From Heptranchias perlo (lineage: Eukaryota), in the NCBI RefSeq assembly GCF_035084215.1, contig NC_090340.1, positions 3,038,001-3,102,000 on the forward strand: a stretch of DNA of 64,000 bases, in the 5' to 3' direction. Below are positions 39,290-49,572 of the stretch, in pieces (within the stretch, counting starts at the first letter, position 1; each line of letters begins with the position of its first letter). The notes under the pieces are model-generated. The model was given only the letters and a program-made list of their open reading frames with translations. It made no database searches and was not told the DNA's origin. The position numbers were made by a program, and so were the translations under genes.

Positions 39290-39620
39290 AAGTTTCATCA
39301 TTGGCCATTTATTATCCTTCTTTTGTTGACAGTTGGTGCCATTATATAACTAATTATGGGAATAGCTTACATATGTTCGCTGAGGATACCCAGCTTTACC
39401 AGTCCATGATCACCACAGCACAGTCTAACTGTTTGCCTGACATGCTGCCGTGGGTTAACCAGAATTTCATAATCTTAAATATATGTAAAACTAATCCCAG
39501 CCATTTCTTCTCCAACCTGAAAGTACACATGGTACTCCAATCATCCTCTTCCTTGGATGTTCAATCCAACTGGAGCACTCTCGGTAATTAGCTTCACCAT
39601 GAGTTGCATTTAAGAGTCTT
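39290..39620 (+). mobile_element. L2 RT fragment, degraded
   Basis: ORF 39301 contains LHMFAEDTQLY...WVNQNFIILNICKT, matching the L2 'YADDTQLY...WM..NFL.LN..KT' motif. Confidence 0.7.
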
Positions 39621-40767
39621 ATTTAATACATTACATGGACTTTGACACATTCGTCCATTAGTTTCAAAAATGAATGCCGATGCTCTAAGGAGTCTGGGAA
39701 AGGCCACATGCAAAGAGCTGCACATGTTGATTGAAGCATTACTGTTTACCATAACATCAAAGTTTTAACGTTTTTAGTGTCAGTTTAAATCGTGCGCAAA
39801 GTGAGAACACGCTCCACTGTGGAAGATACATTAACAGTTAATTGCCAGGTCATGGTCTATTTTCGACGGACTTGGAGCTGTTTCCCCTCGGAGTCACGCA
39901 CCATATGGACTTCACGTATTGACATGTTTTAATTGAAAATATGTAGCATTATCTCACAACTGTCTGCATTAACCTCCCACAAAAGCACAAGTAGATCCAA
40001 ATTTAAATTGTTATCCCTCGGTAAGCAACTAAACAAACGATCCCTCTAGAAATCACTTCCCCCGCTCCCTCTCTCTCTCTTGCACTCTACTTTCCGTATC
40101 TCCTTTCATTGCAAACTCTTTTACCTTCCGCTGGCATTTCACACCTTCCTATTCTAAAACACTTTTCGGAATTTCTTTCGAGGATGTCGTTTTACACTGG
40201 TACATTCTTAACCGCGAGGACGTATAAAGACTTCAGTTCTTGATCTCAGATTATTGAAAGTCACTAATTTAAGCCGATTTTCTACATTTTTTCTGTCTGT
40301 TCGTTCAACAAAACTGTGGTTTGTAAATTTCCTTAGTCGCATGAGTAGAACGGAAACACTGCACGTTGTAGGCGGAGCACACATTCGGCGCAGCCACGTC
40401 CATCAGACGGATGGCATTCAGCATAAATATGTTGCACCCTGACAACTCAATGCAACAGCTGTCTGATCCGAGTATCTGCAACGCTCAACTCAGGCATGGG
40501 TTTAGTTCTGGTTCGGAATGCCGTGTTTCAGTATTGTGCCACGCTGGGGATTTTCTGCACATGTATTCGACCGATTTCTCTGGAGCAGAGAATTGCCATC
40601 AATTATACAACGTTCATATTTCTCTATGTTCTGTTTTATTGATCACGTTTTAAATTGTTTCCTTTACTTTGGGCTATTCTGCTTGTCTTTGTTTTGTTCT
40701 GTTATTAATTGTTGGAGTTATTTTGTGTTTGAAGTAAATATTGTGCTACTGTATCTAATTCCTACAG

Positions 40768-41079
40768 GTGCCCTGGATGTTTCTGGGAAAGTCCCTGCAT
40801 CTGTAACGGCGAACAGGGGTGAGAACGTAATCTTACACGGCAACGTATCTGGATTACAAAAGAATGAGCACATGAATGTTTACTGGAGTACGAGCGATTC
40901 GCATCAAACCGGAACATTAAAGACTGACAACCGCGTAATAACTCGTGTTCTACCGAATGGAACATTTTTCCTTCATCTGCACAATGTGAGTTTCCAGGAC
41001 TCTGGAGCCTATCGTTGTAGAGTGAGAGTTGGGAAAAACAATTATGTTGATGGATGCGGCACAGAACTAATTGTATGTG
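40768..41079 (+). CDS. Ig-superfamily gene B: germline-joined V(J) domain exon
   Basis: cctacag|G ALDVSGKVPASVTANRGENVILHGNVSG...NVYW...FFLHLHNVSFQDSGAYRCRVRVGKNNYVDGCGTELIVC-G|GTAAGT. V-set W, DSGxYxC and the J-like GxGTxLxV are in one open exon with phase 1/1 junctions. The B-strand Cys codon is GGC (40839). Confidence 0.9.
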
Positions 41080-41979
41080 GTAAGTGGCGTTCCATAAAAA
41101 CCTAAATGTCGTTTATGTACTGATGACATCATGGAAGATAACAGGATGGCGAGATGGACGGATAGATGGATAGATAGATATTTAAAAATATTGCTTAACA
41201 GAGCTGACGGTTCAACTCTAGGAGCATTACGCATCTTCCGTAATAACACTCTATACAGATTGAAATCATCCCAGCTTCTATCTAGTAAATTAAATGAATA
41301 TTTATAGATGAGAGTTCTCCATGAAAAGCTTAAATAAGTAATAAGTTATTTAATTTTCGGGTTTTCCGCTGCTCTTCCGCCGGATTAAAATCGGATGAGC
41401 GGCAGAATCCCCCAAAAACCTCTCAGCGGACCATCCACAGCACAACATACGCTGGCAATTCGAGTTCAAAGGCAACCTGGCCAAATGAGATAGACGCCAC
41501 CCAATATAACACACGCACTGAAAACAAATCAATCAAAGAATGGTAACGGCAATCAACGCAGTTTGATCGGTGTGAAAGTCGCCTTAGGCGTCAGCACAAC
41601 ACGGAGGTCAGCATCGGCAACTGGTCACTTTCCTTTTGACTACAATTGGTTGGAAAATCGGGCGAGAGATTTTGCGCTTTCGCGCTTCCGCCAAAGTCGA
41701 CCCGTGAGTGGAAGTCAATGGGAAAGGAAATTCAGCGGGTGATCCGCTGCTGTCAGTCTTTGTCCCTCTAGGATTGGATTTCACCTAATAATGCTGGTTT
41801 CAAATAAATGCGCCCTATCGTATCCAGTTACTGCCTCCCACTCATTGGTGAATGAAATCAAAATGTTGCTCCAGAACTCACTTCGGTAAATTTTCAACTT
41901 GCCGCCAGAACGTAAAACCGGAATTGGCAATGGTCCGCCTTTTATAGAATCTCACCCCCGTTGAAATTGACCCCGATGA

Positions 41980-43788
41980 TACCGGTTTCAAATAACGGAG
42001 TCGTGGCTCAAAAAGACCAGGATTGTGTGCTAAATATTCCTGGATAAAAGGAGTTCAGGAAAGGTAGGGAAGGACAAATAAGAGGGTGGGGGTACCAGTA
42101 TTGATTGAGGAGAATATTGAAGTGCTGGAGAGCGAGAATGTCCTGGAGGCGTCAAGGACAGAATCTATTTGCCTAGAGTTAAGGAATAATAGAGGTGCCA
42201 TTATACTACTGGGAGTATTCTCTCGGCCACCAACTAGTGGGAAGGGTATAGAGGAGCAAATTTGCAGGGAAATTACAGAGAGGTGTAAACGCCATAGATT
42301 TGTGATAACGGGGGATTTCAACTATCCTAATATAGATTGGAGTAGTAATAATAGAAGAGGCGGAGGAATTTTTGAAATGTGTTCAGGATAACTTTCTCGA
42401 CCAGTACGTTTCTGGCCCAATGAGGAAGAACGCACTGCTGGACTTGGTTCTCGGGAATGAGACCGGCCAATGGAGTAAGTGTCAGTGGGAGAGCATTTGG
42501 CAGCAGCGATCATATTATCATAACGTTTAGAATACCTATGGAAAACGACTCTATCCACTCTAAAGTAAAAATGCTGAATTGGAGGAGGGCCAATTTCAGT
42601 CGGATGCGAACAGATCTGGCTCGGGTAAATTGGAATCAAAGATTGGCAGGCAAAACTCTAATTGAACAGTCGGTGGCCTTTAAAAAGCAGCTGATTCGGG
42701 TACATACACGGTACATTCCAACGATGGATAACGATAGCGCAACTAAAGCCAGAGCTCCATCGACGATAAAGGAGATAGAGAATAAGCTGAAGCAGGAAAA
42801 AGTAGCATATGAGAGGTGTCAGGTTGATAACACAAGTGAGAACCAGGCAGTGTGTGGACATGGGAATACAGGACACAATTTCAAAATTTGCAGATGACAC
42901 AAAACTTGGAAGGGTTGTGAACAGTGAGGAGGATAGCGATAGACTTCAAGAGGATATAGAAACACTGACAGGTGGAGTTTAACGCCGAAAAATGCGAGGT
43001 GATGCATTTCTGTAGGAAAAAAATAGGAGAAGCAATATAAACCACAGGGCACAATTCCAAAAGGGGTCGAGAAACAGAGGGATCAGGGGGAATATGTGCA
43101 TAAATCGTCGAAGGTGACAGGGCAGGTTGAGAGAGCGGTTAAAAAGGAATAAAGGGTCCTGGGCTTTATAAATAGAGGCATAGAGTACAAAAGTATGGAA
43201 GTCATGATGAATCTTTATAAACCACTGGTTCGGCCACAACTAGAATATTGTGTCCACTTCTGGGCACCTCACTTTAGGAAGGATGTAAAGGCCTTAGATA
43301 GGGTGCAGAGGAGATTTACTGGAATAATTCCAGTGATGAGGGACTTAAATTACGTGGATGGACTGGAGAGGCTGGGATTGCTCTCCTTGGAACAGAGGAT
43401 CTTGCGAGGAGATTTGATAGAGGTGTTCAAAATCATGAAAGGTCTAGACAGAGTGGATAGAGAGAAACGGTTCCCATCGGCGGAAGGTTCAAGAACCAAA
43501 GGGCATAGATTTAAGATGATTGGGAAAAGAAGCAAAGGTGACATGAGGAAAAACTTTTTTACACAGCGAATGTTTAGGATCTGGAATGCACTGCCCGAGC
43601 GAGTGGTGGGGGCAGATTCAATCATGGCCTTCAAAATGGAGCTGGATGAGTACTTGAAACGAAAAAATGGGCAGGGTTACGGGGATAGGCGGACACGTGG
43701 GACAAGCAAGATTGCTCATGCATCGGGCAGGCGCGGACTCGATGGGCCGAATTACCTCCTTCCGTTCTGTAATCTTCTATGATTCTAC
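41980..43788 (+). mobile_element. CR1 with an internal deletion (EN fragment joined to the RT 3' part)
   Basis: EN ORFs 42086 and 42457 jump at ~42855 to SKFADD-like sequence; ORF 43195..43782; CTATGATTCTA tail. Confidence 0.9.
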
Positions 43789-44512
43789 GACAAACAGACT
43801 CTATAATGTAAAGCTATTTTCGGAAGTGGTTTGCATCGCACTTAGAACCGTTAATTCGTCTTTTTGGTGAATGAAATCATAAAATTGTTGCAGAACTCAT
43901 ATGAGTAAATTTTAAACATGCCGCCAGGGCCCAAACCTGGCATTGCACGCGATCCGTCTGTTCTGGAAACCGCCCGAATTTACTTTCCATTGAAATCAAA
44001 ACGAACCATTATCCAGTTTGGTCCGGTGTACATATATATCCTCTCCGTGAGATTTTTGTCCTCAAGACTACTGCTCTAAGTTGGTGTTGGCATTTCGCTC
44101 ACCTTAGTTAACATTTTTTCAGCTGTAATTGTGAAGGACCAACTGATATTCCCATGGGTTCTCACCGTCTGTTCGGGCAACTTCGGGCAGAGACCGGCGG
44201 AACCAAAGCAAAACGGATACTTAGGGGTTTCTCTTGGTCTCCCGCAGACACTGCGCAGCCTCGTGGAATTTCACGGCGCAGACGACAGTAGTAATGGGGG
44301 AATTTAACTAACCTGATCTAAATTGAGAGAACTTGAAAAAGGACAATGTCGATATATGTAGAGCAGACAAAATGAGGAATGTTGTTTGCTGTGTAGGAGA
44401 CTGTACACAACTTCAAAATAATACAGATCGGTTGCAATATTGGTTAGGATCAAGTCAGTTTAATGTGGAGATATATGAGTTAATGCTTTTGGGAAGGACG
44501 AATGAGATCGAA

Positions 44513-44914
44513 TGCAATAGTTATCTTAGTCGTCTAGTAATCCAGAGGTGTCGACTAATAATCCAGAGAATATGAGTTCGAACCTCACTTTAGCAGTTTG
44601 AAATTATTAGTTCAGTTTTAAAAACATGGAAATAAGAAGCTGGTATGAGTGGATTGCCGTGAAACTCTACTGATGCACGAAAGTGCGTTATGGAATGAAA
44701 TCTGCCATCCTTACTCGGTCTGGCCAATTATGTGAATCTGGTCTCACACTAACGTGGTTGAATCTCAATTGCGCTCTGAAGTAGATTAGAAAGACAAGCG
44801 GTTGCAGGAAACCGCTACAAAGTTGGCCCACAAACTCAGTCTCCGGGCAATTATGGATGGCCAATAAATGATGGCCCTGCCTGTGAAGCACACATCCCGA
44901 GAATGAATTAAAAA
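44513..44914 (+). mobile_element. tRNA-derived SINE sharing both the 5' ~370 nt and the 3' ~90 nt with the LINE at 27142-30478
   Basis: CTAGTAATCCAGAGG...TAATCCAGAG...GAGTTCGAACC head; TGCCATCCTTACTCGGTCTGGCC...GTGGTTGA...CTCTGAA...CGCTAC body; GGGCAATTATGGATGGCCAATAAATG...CACATCCCGAGAATGAATTAAAAA tail. Confidence 0.85.
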
Positions 44915-46070
44915 CAAATCATAGGCAAAAATATTGAAGGAATTAAAGAGCAGGTCGATTTAGGAGTTTGGGTTCGCAATTTTAAAAGATGGCAAGAGGA
45001 ATCGGCAAAGCTTTAAAAACAATCTAATTGAATGGACTCCAGCGGAGAGTCGCCTGGTCCACGCCGTAACTCTGGCTGGAGACTGGCTGAAGTTCTCGAG
45101 AAACGTTCTGCATGTCAGCAGCCGGCCGGTTATACGGTTTCACTGCCTGTGCCCTGCGCGAAACGGATCATAGCCCCTGCGGATTTTTAGGGCCCTAGAT
45201 TTTATATAATGGAGCATACGGATAAAGACAATGATATTGCTAAACCTATACATATCATTTGGCAAACTCCAGTTAGACAACTGTGCACAGCATTAGGGGT
45301 ATTACTTTGGGAAAGATGTCAACTATACTGAGTGGATCCAAAAGATTTTCACTGACATTGGATGAAGACTGAAAAGCTTTAGTTATGGGAATAGACGACA
45401 GAAATTGGGACATTATTCCCGAAATCAGTGAAAGTTAAGAGACCTGAATGAAAGTCACCAGTAATCGATCCCGCTGAATTTCAGTGCCATTATTTCGACG
45501 GAGTATTTTCCAGGGCGGCTTGGTCAGGAATTGGGCTCATTTGGAAATCAGCGAGATGCTGTAAAGGGAGCACAGTTCAACTAGTATTCCAGAGGGTAAT
45601 ATCTAATAGACAGCAGAGCTTTTCTCATTCGAACATGTTTTTTGGACCATGCGATATTTTATTTGGAGTGAAGATTCATCAACAGCTGACTGAAAGGCCC
45701 TTCTCCAATCAAAACAAAAGTTCCTTACAAGCCCCCAAAATCGATTTTAAACATCAAGCAAATCTAGTTGTGTTCTGTGAAAGTTTTGAGCAGGGAATTA
45801 CTACGCAGCAGAATAATTTTTTTTTGTCTATCAGACATTTTGTTTATAAAATAGCATGAACCCATGAACCGTATCTTGCGTTTAATCATTGTTGCTATAA
45901 CATATTGGCAATATAAACATCAACGTTACGTAATGTCCGTTTTAATGTGATCCTAGCTGAGCGTGGTCCTATTTAAATAATTGTTGACTTCCTTGCTGCT
46001 GTTTGGCTCCAAGTCCACTTTGGTTGAAAATTAATTTCACAATAACATTTTATTTGTATTTTATCAACAG

Positions 46071-46375
46071 TTCCTCCGACGCCTTTGCAGATTTCCTTCA
46101 CTGTGTTTAAAATGGGTCATCGACTGCTTTGACTCTTTTGTGTGAAACAGCTGCGTTTTTCCCGGAAAAGCTGAACATCAGTTGGTATAAAAATGGATCC
46201 GAAATTCTGAGCGGTATGGAACGAATCAAAGACCGGAACCTAGCGGGACTGTATGAAGTTTCCAGTTATCTCAGTGAACCAGGTCCGTTGCAGAGTGGAA
46301 CTAATTACACCTGTCAGGTATCACACGTCTCTCTCCAGACTGGAGCCAGCGTTCATTACATTTCTCAAATTTCAG
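46071..46375 (+). CDS. Ig-superfamily gene B: C1-set domain exon (1-nt frameshift near 46109-46112)
   Basis: ttatcaacag|V PPTPLQISFTVFK / NGSSTALTLLCETAAFFPEKLNISWYKNG...GLYEVSSYL...NYTCQVSHVSLQTGASVHYISQIS-G|GTAAA. Canonical C1 motifs and phase 1/1 junctions. The entry frame hits TGA at 46130 unless one base is added (e.g. to the AAAA run). Confidence 0.88.
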
Positions 46376-47444
46376 GTAAATTTTCAAGTTTAAAAGCTGC
46401 TATGTATAATTCCAACATGCAGAAAAAATGTTTTATAAGAGTTGACAATTTTCCCCGCCTTTCAAGAAATTGTTGATTTTGCTGAGATCCGTCTCCATAG
46501 ACTGCCGGACTCATGTTGTGCTTCGTGAGTTGCTACTCTTTATGTGAGAGTTTAAAGGGTTTCGGGAGATCATTACAGCAATAGCCAAATCTATCTCCGC
46601 CATTCAGTTTACAGCAAGGACATTTGTACAGTGATCTGGAGAATGGCACTTGTTTTATTGTCCCTTTCTCCAGCCCAGGTGGCGGTCGGTTTTCCCGCCC
46701 CAATAAATTGATGAGGACTTACTGGAAATGCATAAACTGACACTTTCTGGCCTGTTTGGCTCTTAAATCAAGCAGAAATTCTACAAATCTTTAGACGCAA
46801 TACTTCTCCCCATCCTCCCGGGAATTCCAGACCTTACCGTCTGGAAGTTCGGGGGCGATTTTAGCCTTTGTCAGGGGTTTGGGGGGTTCTCTTCCGAGTT
46901 TAAAGGGTGGCGAACACGACAACCTTGAGCTAAAATTCTGTCCTTATGTATTCAGACCTTTGCCAGATGCTGTCTTCACCGACCAGGCCTTGCATGAATC
47001 TAGGTTTAGTAGTTAAATCGTTCGGTTTACCGGCAGCATTCTTTAAGGCTGGTAACAGCTTTATTACTTTGTATAAATTTCATTATTTTCCGAAATGAGG
47101 TAGAAGTTTCGGTTACATAGAAACATTTCCTTTAATTATGGTCAACCATATCTCAGAATTACAGCATGTCAATCAAATGCTTTTGTGAAGAAAATGCAAT
47201 AGCCGCACTCATGTTTTGTATTATATCTCGATTCTCCGAGCTTCAAGTGTTACACATTGACAATATTGTTGTGCGCAATTCGAAAAACGCCGGTTAATGA
47301 ACACTTCCGTCATCAATACGTTTAATTAAGCTCGCGGGAATACACTGTCAGAAGACTGAAACCTTTCACCATCACTGATACAAATCGAAACAATGCAACT
47401 TAATCACATAGGGTAAAGAAAAGTTATGACTAACAGTGATTGAG

Positions 47445-49572
47445 AACATAGAAACCAAGGAGGTGGGCCATTCAGCCCCTCTAGCCGAGTCCGCCATTAA
47501 ATGAGATCACGGCTGATCTGTATCCGAACTCCATCCACCCGCCTTGACTCCATATCCCTTAATACCATTGATTGACAAAAATCTATCGATCTCAGGTTTA
47601 AAATTATTAATTGAGCTAGCATCCACCGCTTTTTGTGGTAGAGGGTTCCACACTTCCACCACCCTTTTCTTGAAGAAGTGTCCCCTTACTTCTCTCCCGA
47701 ATGGCGTGGCTCTGATTTTAAGGCCATGTTCCCTTTCCTAGACTCCACCACAAGTGGAAATGTTTCCCTCTATCTAATCTATCAGTTCCTATCAAAGTCA
47801 TAAAAACCTCAAGCAAATAATCCCTTAGCCTTCTATATTCCAGGCAATACAACCCGAGTTGATGTAATCGCTGCCCATAATAATATAAACTTTGAATCTC
47901 TGGTAACATTCAGGTCAGCCTGCGCTGCACTCCTTCAAAGGCCAATGTGTCCTATCACATATGTGGTGCCTAGAACTGTACGCAGTAGTCCAGATGTGGT
48001 CTAACTAGGGCTTTCCACAGTTGTCGCAAAACTTCCTCCGCTTTACATTCTCTCCCTCGAGTTATAGAGGCTAACATTACATTGGCCGTTTTGATTTATT
48101 TTTGCACCTGACTACTACATTTTAGTTATCAGTGTATAAAGACTCCTAATTATTGGGACATCCATTGTTCATAGATAGTCACCATTTAAAAAATATACTT
48201 TTTTGTACAAAATGGTTGACCTCACACTTAATTGGATTGAAATCGATCTGCCAAAGTTTTGCCCACGAACTTAATTTATCAATGTCTCTTTTTAATTTTA
48301 TGCTCCCCTCTGCACGACTTACAATGCCCACAATCTTTGTGTCATCGGCAAACTTAGATAGATGGCTCTCTATTGAGTTATCTTAGTCATTAATAAGTAT
48401 AGTGAATAGTTGAGGCCCCAGCACCGATACTTGTTGGACAACACCAGTTACTTCCTTCCAATTCGAGTACATAGCCATTGTCGTAGCGGATCCAGTTGGT
48501 CGCCTTTATTACTACCGATAGTCTTTTGTAACAGAGCTTTACTGGAGCAGATGGAAGGGAGAGCCTTCGGCGTAACGAGGTCTCTCACTGATTTCAACAA
48601 TTATATCAGACTTTATACACAACTGAGTTGGAAATGACAGCATACACTTAGCAGACACCGGGTACGTGCATACATGGTTGTTACTGACAGGCAGCTGCCC
48701 ATCGGCCTCCAATCGCTTACTAATCACGCCTATGCTTCGTCCAAAGCCGTTACAGATTCTGCAACGTGAAGTCCTTACTTCTGTTTTGCATGTGGTTGCA
48801 ACCAATTTGGGGCCGCCTGTGCCTTGTCCATGACCGTTGTAGGGAATCGCACGTATGCGGAAGCAGAAGTTTCCTGTTATTTCAATTTTCTACTCCCAAG
48901 GTCCTTATTTCTCCTTTTGGCCTGTTACTCCCCTTGTCTGGCCCCTCATTGTGACTAACTTTGGAACTTGTTCCTGCTTCATAGAGTTTCGTTCAAAACA
49001 TGTTTTCATTAACTGCCACGCTGCAACTGTTGACACTTTGCTTTAGTCTGCTTTTGGTCAAGCTTCCCATTATGCGGTTGCTCAGCCTAGCTTAGTATCC
49101 ATTTAATATTATACATCCACACATTAATATTTTAATATTGCGAAGCTCGTAATTCCTTATTAATTGCCGTCTGCAACAGCCATTATCCCTACTTTCTGTC
49201 TTCTACCGCCTAATCAATCTCCAAAAGTGGTCGATAATTTGCTTTCAATTCCATGAGCTTTAAATTTAGCTAACAGTCTCTTGTATGAAACCTTATCAAA
49301 TGCTTTCTGTGAGTCCATATACATTACATCCATAGACATACTTAAGCGACTTGCTCAAAAAAATCAATTAGGTTCGTTAGACATGACCTCACTTTTAAAA
49401 ATCCATGTAGGCTCGCTCTAATGATTTCTGTAAGTGCTAAGTCACTCTGTCGTTAATTATCTGTTCTAATAACTTCCCCACAACAGATGTTAGACTAAGA
49501 GGTCTATACTACCCTGGTTTCACTCTCACACATTTCTTAAATAATGGAGTTACATTTGCAATTTTCCAACCA
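47445..49572 (-). mobile_element. Old CR1 3' half, interrupted by a solo LTR
   Basis: AACATAGAAAC tail and CR1 3' hairpin at 47445-47530. RT remnants at 47718-48470 resume at 49179. Confidence 0.85.
48479..49178. mobile_element. Solo LTR (700 bp) with a 5-bp target-site duplication
   Basis: Begins TGTCGTAG and ends CTGCAACA (imperfect inverted TG...CA termini). Flanked by GCCAT at 48474-48478 and 49179-49183. CR1 sequence is continuous across it. Confidence 0.8.
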
